Shown here piece by piece: positions 23,955 to 38,157 of a stretch of DNA of 55,774 nucleotides. The translations under genes were made by a program, and so were the position numbers. Positions within the stretch are counted from its first letter, which is position 1. The number at the start of each line of letters is the position of its first letter. This stretch comes from Neovahlkampfia damariscottae. Lineage: Eukaryota. The stretch covers positions 1 through 55,774 of the forward strand of contig JABLTG010000135.1 of assembly GCA_016618085.1 (NCBI GenBank), written 5' to 3'. The notes under the pieces were generated by a model, which searched no databases, was not told the DNA's origin, and worked only from the letters and a program-made list of their open reading frames with translations.

Positions 23955-26038
23955 ATGAATCAAAATTCAATTCATCAAATTTTTAACAACAATCAAAATA
24001 AAACTATTGCTGAAAGGAAACCATTCTTGACAAAATATGAAAAAGAAGTCTTGAAATTGAATTCAGAAAAAAAAATAGTACACCTTTGTTCTTTTGTAAA
24101 AATAAATTTATAGGTATGTATAACTCATTTAAGTACAAACGAAAAATCAAATGAAATCATTAAATCCATTACCAATTGTAATTTTCAACCTACTGACCTC
24201 GTAAAAAAAAATAAAAAAAAACTCAAAAAAAAATAGAAAAATTTGAAGGAGTTTTCAAATATGTCAATACCAAAAGCAGTAATTTATTAATTAATTTTAA
24301 TTTTTCCAAGTTACCAATTCAAAGTTTTCATGATACTAAAAAGAATGAAATTCATTTATTTCTTTCTACATTTCTTGATGTTTCAAATTTAATGAACTGT
24401 TCAGAATCAATTGAAAATGAAATAGAAAATCATGAATTTCTTTTAATTCAAAGTTTAATTTTAATTTTTAATATTTCACATATCATCTTGATTTATCATC
24501 CAAAAACTACTTTTAATTTAAAATTACTTAAATATTTTAGAATTTTACAAATTTTAAAACAAGTAATTCATTGGATTATTATTTTTTATTTTATTTTTAG
24601 AATTTATCTGGAGATATTTCAAATAGTTTAGAACAATCAAAATATAGTTCAATTTTAAAATTTTCTTCTTTATATTCACCTGGTAAAACCTTACCTGTTT
24701 TAGGTTTCATTTTTCAAGAAGGAAAAAAAGAAGACGAAAAAGAGGTAGAACAACAAATTAGAACTATCATAAAAAAAGGAAAGTTTTATAATTTAAATGA
24801 TAATTCAAAGTAAATTTAAAATTATATTTTAAAAAAAAAACTAATGAATCAGAACACCTTCTCTGTTCATGTTGGATCCAATTAAATGTTGTTTCATTTT
24901 TCAGGAAAAAAAGAATAAAAAAAATGAAATTTTTAATTTTATAAAAAGAAGGGAAATTGAAAATATTGAAAAAGTAGATGATGATGATGAAAAGAGGATA
25001 TTGAAATTTTTGAAAAAACAAAATGAATTTTTTTTTAAACAAATGAAAAGTAATTCAAAAAAGTATCAATTACCAAATTCATATTTATTTTTTCATGGTG
25101 TTTATGCAATTGAAGAATTAATTGCTTTTAAATTTACGAACGAAAAATTTATAAAACAAATGATTAATCCAAATGATGAATTTTCAAAATTAAAATGTCA
25201 ACAAGCTTTAAAGCTATCAAAAGAATTATTTTTAAATTTAATTGAAAAAAATATTTCATTCCAGGAATCATTGGAAAATTCTTTGAAATATTATTCGTCA
25301 CTTTCAATTGGTTCCTTTCAAGAAGAATTTGAAAAGAAATTAAAAATTGATTTAATTGATTTAATTCAAGAAATTAAAAAAAAATCTGATTCATTAAAAT
25401 CTGATGATATTTTAAATTTTAAATTTTTTTCAAAAGATCAAGAAGCATTTAATTTAATTTCCAATTTAGAAATTAAAATTTTAAAAAATTTAAATTACAA
25501 TCATAAAATTGGTTTAAAAGAGAATTTTGAAATTGAAAAATTTTTTAAAAATTCATCAAAAAACTTGAACAAATTAAATCAAAATTTCTATTTTGGTTTT
25601 GAATACATTTCTTTAAAATCAGGTTTAAAATTTTTATTACCGCCACCTCAAACATCTTATTCTTCAAGTTCAGATAAAAGAGTAAATATTTTGCGAAAAA
25701 CTAAAAAAAACTACTAGATTTCAGAACAAGAGTTTTTAGAAACTGATTTGTCTTTAATTATGAATGTACCTTCATTTTTAAATTTAAAAGATGAAGAAAA
25801 AGTAATTTTAAATCAAATTTATTTGTTTTCGTCTTCTGAAGATTTATATTCATTCTATCCAGAAGTCACATTTGAACAAAAAGGTGATGAAAAAGTATCA
25901 TCATATTTTTTAAAACAACAAATAATTCTACCAAAGAATTCATTTGTTTTGATTAAATTTAATTATTTATTGAATGAAGATGTGTTAAGAAAGATTAGAT
26001 TAAAGTTATTGAAAAATTTTATTCAAAATTTGAAATAA
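23955..26038 (+). CDS. SMG8-like nonsense-mediated decay factor (divergent)
   Basis: LILIFNISHIILIYHP, PGKTLPVLGFIF and YFGFEY resemble SMG8 blocks; multi-exon. Confidence 0.55.
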
Positions 26039-26495
26039 AATGAAAACAAGAATATGAATGTGAAAGATTTAAATAAATGGTTTATGAATTATGAAACAAC
26101 TTCCTTTTTCTATTGTTAACTATCCGAATTAATTCCCAACTCCTAAAAAAGTGACGTTTTTTATTTTTGAGATCAATATGTCTAATTGTGAGACAACTCT
26201 CAATTTTTAAAGGGTATTGAACATGAATTTAGAGTATACTTTCCATGACTTGTTGGAGATGATCTGTAGGAAAAAAAAAATAAATTGTCCAATAGTTTCG
26301 TTTTCCTTTTTTAAACAATTTAATGCTAAATTTGAGCAGTTTTAGTTGATGAATGAAGCTAAACCTTCATCAACAAAAAAAAATAATTTTTCATTGGATC
26401 AAAATTTGGAGGTTGTGATTGGATGAAAAAAAATCTGATAAAAATGCTCCAATCATTTTGCTTTTTTGTTCGCTCTAAAGAAAAACAACTCCACT

Positions 26496-26775
26496 ATGCA
26501 AAATCAAGAAGGTGAAAAAGTTGAATTATATGTTCCAAGAAAATGGTAAATAATTCATTATTAATAATTAATATTACAGTACTGAAACTCAAAATATTAT
26601 TTCCGCAAAAGACCACGCTTCAGTTCAACTCAATGTTGGATTAGTTGACGCAAACGGAAGATATACAGGACAATTTAAAACAGCTTGTTTCTGTGGTGAA
26701 ATTAGAAAAAATGGAAAAGGAGATGGTGCTATGAACCGTTTTGCATTATCCACAAAATTGATGAAAGATCTCTAA
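26496..26775 (+). CDS. RPS21: 40S ribosomal protein S21 (eS21)
   Basis: MQNQEGEKVELYVPRKC-TETQNIISAKDHASVQLNVG; one intron; missed by the ORF track. Confidence 0.95.
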
Positions 26776-26974
26776 ATAAATTTTGACGAATAATAAGACT
26801 TCTATATTATTAGTGGTGTTATTCAGAATGAACAACCTTTCTTGCAAGTTGTTTCAATTTTTAATAACCAGACAAAAAGTTTTCTTCATGCATCACTTTT
26901 TCTGTTGGTCAATTAAAATTCCTTTGACCTGTTGATTGCTGCAGATAACCAAATTCAAAAAATATTTATTCACA

Positions 26975-29900
26975 TCAATTTGAATAAATGGGCGTGAGTT
27001 GATTTTTTCGCACTCTTTGTTTACAAATTGGACATTCCAATTTCCTATTCAACCAAGAATCCCAACATTCAAAACAACATACATGTCCACATCTTGAATT
27101 ATGAGGTTTAACAGCTATATCTAAACAAATTAAACATTTTAAACTTGTATCTTTTTTTTCTTCTTTTTTTTTCTCATCATCTTCCAAATTTATAATTTTT
27201 GTTTCTTGAGGAGCAACTTTTCTTTTTTTTGAACCATCAAATAAATCATTGTGTTGAGCTCTCTTTTTACTTGTTTCAATTTCTAAATACTTTTGAAATT
27301 CATCATCATATTTCTTTGGTAACACATCTTTCAATCCAAAATACAATTCATTCTTCATGGATCCAGATTGTAAAAAGATTTTTTTTATTTCACTCATAAA
27401 ATCATCAAATTTAATATCTTCTTTGGACAATTTAAAGATGATATTCTTGAATTTTTGATATTCTGATTTTGGAATATTATTTTTAACCTTTGAAACAAAT
27501 TGTGCTGTTTTATTTTGTGTTGTTGGTGTTGTAGGTGCATTTTTGGTTTGATTTTTAATACTTGACATTAATTTTGGTGTTTCAATTGTAGGAGGTTTTT
27601 TTTGAATTTCATTTATTTTTACAATTTCCTTTTTTTTGTGCACACTCCCAACTGGAATTAATGGTTTTGATTTTGGCATTCCAACAGGAATTAATGGTTT
27701 TGTTGGTGTTTTATGTTTATGTTCTTCAATTACAGTGATCTTAGATTTTAATGGCCCAATTGGTATCAAAGGTTTTGTTGTTGGTGTAATTTTTGGTTCT
27801 GATTCAATTTGTGAATTTGAAAATGAAAAAAAATCATTTTTTTTTCGATCTGTGGTGGAGATTCTATGAATATTTACAAGTGAGGAATTATTTGATTCCT
27901 TTTTAATAGTTTTAGATTCTTTTTCAAATGGAATTCCTGACAATTTTTCACTGTTAATGCCAAAATTTTCCGTTGCATGATTAAAAAATTTTGTGAAATG
28001 TTTTGATATACTGTTGAAACTATCTGATACTTTAACATGAGGTTGTATCCATTTTGATAACAATTCTCGATATTTAGTTTCTGCAAATCTTTCATCTGCC
28101 AAAATTATAGCTCCATAATCATATCTATTTCTCAGAACTCTTCCAATAGCTTGATTTACAGCACGTGATGCTTGTTGATCATACCAATCATTTCCTGAAA
28201 TTGCATTTGGTGTATTTTTCTTAATAGCACTCAAATAATTCATTTTCAATTCAATTTTTTTGTCATGATGTGGTGGAAATGGTAGACCAGTAATAATCAC
28301 AGCTCTACCATATCTATTTGAAAAATCAATACCTTCAGATGCTTTTCCACGACATACTGCAAAGTAAATTGCACCAGAAGACTTTTCAATTTCTTCTTCA
28401 TATTCTCTCATTGATCTTTGTAACATTGATGATTCTTTTGGTTCAGTAAAAATTTTCTTTTTCTTTTCAATTTCACTCCAAATTGTGTTTTCTGATTTTG
28501 AATCAAATTTTACTCTTTTCCAATTGACAACCAAATTTGACATTACAACATAAGAGGGAAAGAAAACTAAAATTCCATCAGGAATAACTTTTGAAATATT
28601 TGCAATGAAAGTTCCTAATTCTTTTTGGTATTGTGCAGAATCTCTATTTTTAAATGATGAATTGAAATGAACTCCATTTGATCCTTTTCTTGCCACAACA
28701 CATGAAATTTGATTGCTTTGAATTACATGTGGATTTTCTAAACGAACTGGAAAATACATATCCATTTCAAATGCATAACTATCCATTGGTGATATTGTTC
28801 CAGATGTTAAAATGAAACATTTTGGTTTCTTTTCTTTTATACTCTTTATTGCAATTGATGGACTCAAACACCAAAATGATATTAATTTGCAGTCAGATAT
28901 TTCTTCTGTTCCACCAGCATCTTTGTAATGTGTTTGTTTTGGTTTTGATATTTTAGAATTTGAATCTTTTTTGATAATGCACTTGTAATGATCCAAAAAG
29001 GTATTTCCCTTTTTTGTATCAGTGACATTTACAATTTCTTCTTCTTCTTCTTCTTGTGAAAAAATTAAAGTCAAATATTTTTCTAAATCATGTAAAGAAG
29101 GTGGAATCAATACATTAAACTCTTTTTGTTTTTCTGATGTAATTATATCAATGCATTGCTTTATTGTATTTTGATTTGAAGACAAATAGTCTTTTGAAAA
29201 ATTAACTTTATCAAATAAATCTAAAACAAAATCTCCATCTTTAACCAGTTCTTCTGTGGACATTGAAATATCTTTCAATTTTTTTTCAAGGTTCAATAAA
29301 TTCTCTTCAAAAAAAAAAGGATTTAAGGTACTATTAAAGATTCTTACCAACTATTTCAAGAATATCTGATCGTAATTTTGAAACATTTTCAATATTGAAT
29401 TCATTCGTTTCGTCATCTTCAAGCATCAATAATGCTTTATATAATTCAGCAATGCAATTAATAATTGTTGTTTGCTTTAAATCAAATGAAGCAGCTTCAG
29501 TACACCATTTTTCTAAATTATGTGATTCATCAAAAATTAAAATTGATCCTTCAATTGTAATATTCATTTTATTTCGTAAAACAGGATCAATCAAATAATT
29601 ATATGGCATAAAAATTATTTCTGAAGCAGCTATTAATATAAGTTAATTCTTTTAAAATAATCATACCTTGCATTGATCTTGTGACATAAAATGGACAAAC
29701 TTTTGTATCTCTTCCAACTTTTATTAAATCTTCAATATCTTGTATTTCTCCAGAAAATGATGTCAATACATCTTTTCTATGGTCTTCCAAAGGTTTAGTT
29801 TTATTTGTTTTTACTTGAAAAATTTTCATAGTATTCACATTTCTTTTGTTTTCGTACTAATGAACACTTTGAATTTAATTCAGTTCCCTTTGATGTTGCT

Positions 29901-30379
29901 ACTGAAGGATGTACACAAAATTGTTCTCTTGAACCCAAAATTGTTGTTTGAGGTCTAATAAAATTTTAAAACGATTTCAAATAAAATACTCGTAAGCGGA
30001 TTTCTTCAATTCTCTTACAACCTGAGTCAATTGACTGTGCGTCCTACTTGCATATATTATTTTTGGAACTTCTATCGTTGATTTTTGTGCTAAAAAAATG
30101 AAATTCAATTTTTTTAATTCATACTTTTCATGTGTTCTGTCCAGGCTAATGTTGCGCATAAAAGTGACAAAGTTTTTCCAGTTCCTATAAATTAATGATA
30201 TTTTTATATTTTTTAAACCTGTAGGTGATTCTAAAAGAGCATTTTTTCCTTCTTGAAGTGACTGTATAACTTTCGTCTAAAAGTTTAGTGAATTTTAATT
30301 TTCGTACCATATATGCCTTTTGAACAGGATATGGTTCATAAGGAAAAGCAACTTTGACACCACGAATATCTAAAATCAT
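26975..30379 (-). CDS. RTEL1: RTEL1/FANCJ-family Fe-S helicase with C-terminal harmonin-N-like and RING domains
   Basis: FPYEPYPVQ, LESPTGTGKT, IYASRTHSQL, DESHN, LTSGT, CRGKASEGIDF, AVNQAIGRV; C3HC4 RING at the C-terminus. Confidence 0.88.
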
Positions 30380-30470
30380 TGCTCTTCTTTGCTTTCAAAT
30401 GGTTTCTGGAAATAATTTTGATTGGACTCTGAATGATTCAAAAAAATTGAAAAAAAAAATAAAAAAAAAA

Positions 30471-30853
30471 TTAAGTATCAAAATTCTCTCTAGGTTTATT
30501 TGCATTTACTCTTTTCAACAAAACTTGATTACAAAATATATAAGTTTGAAAATAAAGTTGAACACAATTTTTAAAACACTTTTGTTCACCTTTGTTGTTC
30601 ACAATTAAAATTAAAATATTTGAGTACTATTTTCAAATTCATCTTTATCATTTACACATATTTTAAAACATTTTTCAGTTGATTTCAAAACTGACTTTTG
30701 CATTTCAGATAATTCATTAAAAGAAGATCTAAATATTCTTTGAGCTTCTTCTGGAGTTGGAATATTCTTCATTATTTTTGATTCTTCTCCTCTTTTTTTT
30801 GCTGCCAAAATTTCTTGTTCAACCCTCTTCCTTTTCTCTTCAACATCAGACAT
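30471..30853 (-). CDS. Small Tim chaperone-like (twin CX3C) protein
   Basis: TEKCFKICVN, then after an intron EQKCFKNCVQLY. Confidence 0.7.
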
Positions 30854-30898
30854 GATTTTTGTTCAATAAAATCCACCAATCATTTGAAAAAGTAATTT

Positions 30899-33800
30899 TT
30901 ATTTCATTGATTTTGCTCTTGGTTCAATTTCTAATGATTTTTTATGATAATCAATTTCTTTATCAACATTTGGTAAATCTAATAAATACTTATTCAAAGA
31001 AATTTCTTCAAAAAATGCATAAGTTGTTTGTTGAAATGATATCAATTTTTTGATTGTCAATGCAAATAATCTTCTTTTTTGAAAATTTATCATAAGTTTA
31101 TGTCCATCAATGATATCTTTATTTCCATCATCAATAAATGTTAAATCTGTTAAAAATATTCCAAGAAATGGTACACAAGGAGGATTACAATTTTTAAGTA
31201 AATCTCTCATTGCTTTGAAATTTCCTTTATTTTCTAATAAAGAAGTAATTTCTTTCCATTTCACTAGAATTTTTTGATCAACCAATGCCCATGATTTTTT
31301 TAATCTATAGACTGCATTATTATTCAAACCTAAATCGTAAAATTTAATTTGATATTTACCTGCTGTTATTTGCATTAAACCATCAAAGTTATTATGTAAT
31401 AATAAAATTTCTGCAATTTGAATAAATTTTGAAATTAATTTAGCTCTAACTTCAAGACTATTCTCTAATATAATTAAACTACACATCCATAATGAAACTT
31501 CATCATTTCTTTTTGACATATTTATAATATTTTTTGCTTTTGTTTCTTTAATTTCAACATCATTTTTTGACCAAATTTTATCTAAGAATTCTGTTGCTTT
31601 GACATTTTTGTATAATGAAAATGAAATTAAAGTTAATTGTTCTGCTATTTTTTCAGTTTTTTGATCAAGAAAGATTTGATTGAAATCCTTTGGTGAAATA
31701 TAATTAAGCATTGAGATAGTTTCTTCAGGATTATCAATTTTTTTCATTAAAGTTGGTTTCCTTTTTTTTTCTTTCAATAAATGATCAATTTTTTTTAGAG
31801 GAGATTCCATCTTTGTCTTTGATAATTCAATTCTAAATTTTCTCAATCTCTCTGCAAGAACAATATCTTCAAAATCAGAATAATGTTTTGATATCCAATG
31901 ATATAATATTTGACAAATTCTTAAACGGATTAATTTCAAATATGCAGAATAAAAGTGTGAGAATCTTTCTGTTGTGATATTTTGTTTTGGAGGTGGTGTA
32001 TTGTATCGATCTACTAATGAATCAAATAAAGTGACTGTATCAGTGAATGTTCTGAATGTTAATAAAAATACATAGATATCAGAATCATCTAAATTATCAA
32101 AAGGATGTGTTAATTTTGCAATTAGTTTTTCAAAAGTAGCTCCCTTGATGATAGTTCTATCATTTTCTTCAACTTTTAAGACATTTGATTCGTTGTCAGG
32201 AGTCATATATTTCATTTGTTTTTTTAAATTCTCATCTGTGAATAAAGGTGACAAATTTCCAATTAACAAACAACTAATATAATAAGATGATGGTTGAAAT
32301 TCAATTGAAGCATTGTTTTTCTCTTCTTCTTCTTTTCTTTGCTTTCGTTTATTCAATAATTCTTTATGAAATTGATTTTTCTTGTAAGCAAATGATTCAT
32401 TTTCGAATATTCGATTGGAATATCTAATCAATAATAACCATGTGTTTTTGATTGCAGAATTTGAAAGTAAATTTCTTACTCCATTTTCATCTTCTCCTGG
32501 TACAGATTTAAAAAATCCTAATTTTGGAGATGATTTTGATGGTGATGATTTTTTCATTGTACTTCTTAAAATTGAAATTGAACTTGAACTAGGGCTAATA
32601 GAACTACTTTCAGATTGAGATGATGATGAAACTGTTGAAGATGAATGATTCATTGAAAATCTACAATGAAGAGGAGCACTCTTACTAATCATTCCAATGG
32701 AAAACTCCATAGCAATTTGATTTGGATCAATATTTCCATGTACAATTAAATTTTGAAACATTTGAATCAAACGATATAAAATTAAACTATTTTGAGGAGG
32801 TAAATCTAACACTAATTCTCTTAAAACAAATATTTTTTCATCTTGATTTGAAATTGAAATCGCAGATGTGAATCTTGGTAAATAAGCAAAAGTGAATATA
32901 GGTTCAATGCGTTTTAAAATAAAAATTCTAATTAATTCTAAATAACAACAAGGTGCAGGTATATCAGGTTTTCCTCCTGTATTAATTGTTTCAATCCATT
33001 CTTGAAATTCTAAATCAATATCAGAAATACCAAAATAAAAATCAAATTTCTTATCAATCTTCACAATTTCTTCAACCATACAAATATATTTTTCAATTAT
33101 TGACGGCAAATATTCTAAATCTCGTTCTAAAAATTTTTTAAAAATTTAAATAAATTCAAATACCTAAAAGGTCAGATAGTGACTCACCAAAAATTTTAAA
33201 TTTTTTCTTTTTTTCAACATCTGGCTCAGGAATATAGTCTGGAATATTGAATGTAAAACTTTGAATGTCTTCTTCATCTATTTGAATAATTTCTTCTATT
33301 TCTTTAATATCATCATTTAATTTTGAAATATCTTGTTGAAATTCATTTGTTTTTGAAATTGATTTTTGTTTCACCATTTTAATCTTTTCAATTTCATTCT
33401 TCTTTTTCATAAATTCTGAATTTCTTTTTAAATCTTTCACATACTTTTCAAAATGTTTCAATTTTGCATAAAATGAATTTTTTTCAGTGTTTATTCTGAA
33501 GTCTGGTATGATTAATTCCAATGCTCTTTCATAATTGACATTCATTGAATATATTACATATGCCATTAAAATAATTCCTGACACTGTTTTTCCATCAGAA
33601 CTGATGATTAAAAATAATAATTTCAAACCAATAAATAAAACAAGATCCATTTTTTCTTGAATTTTCAATGAAATCACAACAATCAACTAAAACATCAAAT
33701 GCTGAATTTGAAGTATTTATATCAGCAAAATAACTCACAAAGTTCTAAAATATATTTGAAATTAAAACTGTGAAAAATTTACATTCTTTGTTAAGTTTGG

Positions 33801-35417
33801 AATTTCTATTGAAATCACGTGTGTAATCCCAATTTTTTTCAAATATGATTTGCTTCTCAAATGGCGATCATAACCAACAAATAAACCTTCCATAAATTTT
33901 ATGACTTCAGGAAATTTTAAGTTGTAACTTATTTTTTTCTCTTTGATCCAGTCTGTGATTCTTGAGTCAAAAGATCGACAGCAAGGATTAAATGTAGCTC
34001 TAATTTTTAAAAGTGATTCTAATTTTGTGATTTCAATTGGCAATTTTTGAATTTCATTCGCTTGGAATTCAAATTCTTTTAATCTGACCAAATTTTCAAT
34101 GGAGCTTGGTAATTCTTTAATAAAATTGGAAGATATATTTAAACAGCTGATTTTTGAACATTCAAAAATAGAATCTTCAATTGTTTCAAGTTCATTATTT
34201 GAAATATCCAAGAACTTGAGTGATTTGAGTGCACAACAATTTGGTAAATTTTTTATGAGATTGTGGCTCAAATCTAAGTTTTGTAATTCTTCAAGGTTGC
34301 AAAAGTTGTGTATCTTTTTGATTTTGTTATGACATAAAACCAGTACAACAAGTTGTTTGCTAGCAATAGATGGCAATTGACCAATTAAATTGTGTGAAAC
34401 ATCCACAAACTTTAAGTGTGAAAGTGAAGCAAATAGATCATCTAATATTTCTATTTTGTTATGTTTAAGTGTTAATAATTTCAAATTTGGGTAATGATTA
34501 AATCCTTTTGCTTTGAAAATCATATTGTTACTCAAATCAAGTTCTGAAAGTGGGCTTATTGTATTTAATGACCAAATTGGAAAATGTGTCAATGAATTAG
34601 ACTTTAAAGATAATTTTCGTAAGTTTTTAAATGGTATTGTTAATTTTTTCTTCAAGTTACAATTGTCCATTTTTAATTCTTCAAGTTGTTCAAGAAGTGA
34701 TTCTGATTTTTCCAAGCTTTGAATGTTCAATAATCTATTATTTGATAAATCCAAATATTTTAAATGTTTTAAATTACAAATTGGAGAAGGAAACAATTCC
34801 AACCCACAGTTGTTCAAAATTAAATTTTGAAGATTTCCGACTAATTTAATATCGTTTGGAATATATCCAATAATGTTATTTGATAGATTTAATGTCTTAA
34901 GCGAAGTCGAAATGAGTTGTTTTGGGTATCCACGAAGCTTATTATTTTTGATATTCATGTATATTACATTTTTCCAATTGAAGAAATTCAAGTTTGTTAT
35001 TTTGTTGTTTTCAAAGTTGAATTTGTTTAACCAACTCATCGTTTGGATGAAAAGGGGTACGTTTTCAATATTGTTACCACCAAAATCCAATGTTTTCAAG
35101 TTTTTCATCTTCGTGATACATTCTGGAATATTTTTCATTTTGCTGTTGGTTATCTTCAGTTCAGTGATGTTTGAAAAGAGTTTTTCAAAGTTTTCAAATG
35201 AATCTAATTGACAACAGTCGAAGTATACACTTTTGAACTCTTCTATCCCTTGTTTTGTTTTGGGGAATCCTTTGATGAGGAGGTTTGAAAAGACTAACTG
35301 ATCCATAGCTTTACATTCTGTCATAATTATGCTTAAATTATCAGTGAGATCCATATTTGTCATATTCATATCCCTCAAGTCGAGAGGCAGTGTCTGTGTC
35401 GGTTCTGAAATGAACAT
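30899..35417 (-). CDS. LRR - pseudo dual-specificity phosphatase - RhoGAP-like - RasGEF_N - RasGEF protein (single spliced gene)
   Basis: ORFs 33762-35426, 33156-33686 and 30899-33109 join in frame via short GT-AG introns. LRRs; GITHVISI...YCSDGKTVS; IFGESL...LPSII...LPPQN; FLLTFRTF; PCVPFLGIFLTDLTFIDDGN. Confidence 0.8.
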
Positions 35418-35497
35418 ATTATCCAACCAATCAAATTCGTTTCGCTTTTGAGAAAACTCAAAAACTCAAATTGGGAAGTAAAAAAGATTATAAATAT

Positions 35498-36735
35498 TTA
35501 TTTATTTTTAATTAAACTTCCTGTGGAATAAGGATCACCAAATGGACAACAATATAAGTCATCTTCTATTAAAGGCTTTGATTTTGTATCTTTGCCATGA
35601 GATGCATAATGTCTCAACCAGAGAGCTCTATCAAAACTTTTCAAAAACTTATAATCATTTGGATGATCATTTGGGAAATTTGAATCAGTATCAAGTAACT
35701 TTTGTACAAACATATCCAACTCTTGATGAGTTTGAAATGTGTTGGATTTTTTGATGTTATAATTTTCAAGAATTGCTGGATTTGATGTTTCATATTTCAA
35801 TTCATATTTTCCCTCTTTTTTTAATTTTTCAAAAAATGATTCTATGAAAGAATTAATTTTTAAACAAATATCAGACTTTGTGGTTCTGAGAAATTGGTTT
35901 GGATTCCTAATCTTGAAAATATGTCATCAACAAAATCTTGACAATTTCCTGAATTTATGTTTTTTTTTATTTTTTCATGTTTTTTTGAAACAATTGAATA
36001 ATTCATTCCTGTATTCTTTTTTTTCGAACAAAAAATTGAATTCAAAAAAATATTTACCCATTCAAAAATACAGTCATTAATAATATCAACTACATTATCT
36101 AAATCACTCATTTTTATATCTGTAATATCTGCTTGAAATAAAGCATGTTTGTCAAAACATCTTCTTGGCACACATATTTGTCCTTCACTCCATTCAATTA
36201 GCCAAGGTCCAATTCTTTAGGAAAATATAAATCAAATTAAAACAAACATTAAGGCAGTGTGAAAAATACCAAAATCAGGAGAATAATTAATAGTGTTTAA
36301 AATTGGTGATACAATTTTTTGTGCTATTTTTGAAGCACTTGTGTTCATAATATCAACTAATACTAATTTTACATGAAAACTTTCATTTTCTTCCTTCTTC
36401 ATTTTGTCAATTGACTCATCCGAAAATGAATCTCTAAAACCTTCTTCAACGTTTTCTAAGTGTTTATCTTTTATTTCTCCTTCAATAAGTTCTTTTTGTT
36501 TTGAAAAATCTTTCCAATCTGTGTTTAAGTATAGTTTTTTGAATTTTTGTTTATTTGTTAAAATGTTAGCCAAAAACATAATCTCTGTGTCTGTGAATTT
36601 ATCTCCATAGACACCACCATATAATTTATCCAAAACAAATTCTAAAGAATTTCGTTTTACATCAACTTGTTCGGGTAATTTTTCAAATTCATCTTCATCT
36701 TCACTGACGAACTTCTTTGAACGAAACCGGAACAT
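35498..36735 (-). CDS. Uncharacterised protein, PPPDE/permuted papain-like, paralog 1
   Basis: FGIFHTALIIGPWLIEW...CVPR...GNCQDFVDD...LKSFDRALWLR...CPF; His precedes Cys. Start approximate. Confidence 0.55.
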
Positions 36736-36779
36736 TTTTGTTTGATTGGTTGTTTTCAAAATGGTGACATTAAAATAAT

Positions 36780-38064
36780 TTATTCATTGATAATTGATCC
36801 TGTTACTTCTGGATCATCAAATGGGCATTTACAAGCATTAATTTCATCCAACATTGGTTGATACATTTTTTTCTTTTCTGATTGCTTTTTATTTTTAAAA
36901 GCTCGATATCTCAACCAAAAGGATCTATCAAAACTCTTTAACAAACTCCAATCTCCTGGAAAATCTTTAGGAAATGTTTCACAACTATCTAATAATCCCT
37001 GAACAAATTCATCTAATTCTAAATGGGTTTTAAATTTGTTTGATTTTTTAATATTTGGACAAGCTCTAAAAACTTGTTCATTGGTGACTTCATAAATCAT
37101 TTCACTAAATCCTTGTGATTTTATTTTTTTAACAAATGCTCCCATGGCACCTTCAAAATTTGGTTTAATATCAAGTTCTTCTAAAATATCATCAATGAAA
37201 GCTTGACAATTTCCTTGATTAGTTTTCTTTGAATCTAAACCACTTGTATAATCCATTGTACTATTCCATTTAACTATAACTTCTGCTAATGAATCAACAA
37301 CATCTCTAACTTCTGTTTTAGAAGCTAATTCACCAATATCAGCTGTAAAAATAGCAGCTTTTGAAGTACACTTTCTGGGAATACACAGAGCAGAATCATT
37401 CCAATCAATCATCCAAGGTCCAATTCTTTTTTTGTTTTTTTTAAAAAAAATAAAAAATAAACTTACAGTAAACTATTTCAAAATTTAAAATCAGATTTTT
37501 TTAAACTTACGCTGTGTGAAACATTCCAAAAGTTGGACCAAAGTGAAATGTGTTAATAACAGGTGATATAATTTTTGATGCTGCTTTTTTTATTGAAGTA
37601 TCCATTATATCTGTAATCACTAATTTTACTTTAATTTGTTTTTCTAATTCTTCTTCTATTCTTTTTAAATCCATTTTCATATCTTCTTCTGAGACTTCAT
37701 CACCAAAATCAACATCTTCTTCTTCTTCAGATTTTGAACTAAAATTTAATTTTGATTTATTTGATTTGTTTCCTGATTTTTCTGATTCTTTTTCTTCGCC
37801 ATCTCCATTTTCTTGTTTTTCTGAAAAGTCTTTAGTTTCTTTGTTTGACATTTCAAGTATTTTTAATGTTTCTGTCCATTTTGTATTCAAGTATGTTCTT
37901 TTCAAGTCGTCCACGTCTGAAAGTATTTTCGCGAATTGTCTTTTCTCTTCTTTGTTTAAAATTTTAGCATATTTTTCTGAATTGTTCAATTTATCGATAA
38001 CCTTATCAACACCTTTCAAATCCTGTGTTTTGGTATCTTTTGTTGGTTTTCCTCTGTTGCCCAT
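36780..38064 (-). CDS. Uncharacterised protein, PPPDE/permuted papain-like, paralog 2
   Basis: FGMFHTALLIGPWMIDW...CIPR...GNCQAFIDD...LKSFDRSFWLR...CPF; tandem with paralog 1. Confidence 0.55.
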
Positions 38065-38157
38065 TTTCAACAACTGTTAAAATCAACGTTCAAAATTAGT
38101 TGACCAATGAAAATGATTTTGATAGATGAAAAAAAATTGTGTGCATTTCAAAAAGAT

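Noticed and set aside
26820..26900. Possible C/D snoRNA downstream of RPS21 (minus strand)
   Set aside because: C box is imperfect, there is no convincing terminal stem, and I could not recognise an rRNA target.
37550..38080. 176-aa plus-strand ORF and similar F/S/L-rich antisense ORFs
   Set aside because: Shadows of K/E-rich genes on the opposite strand.
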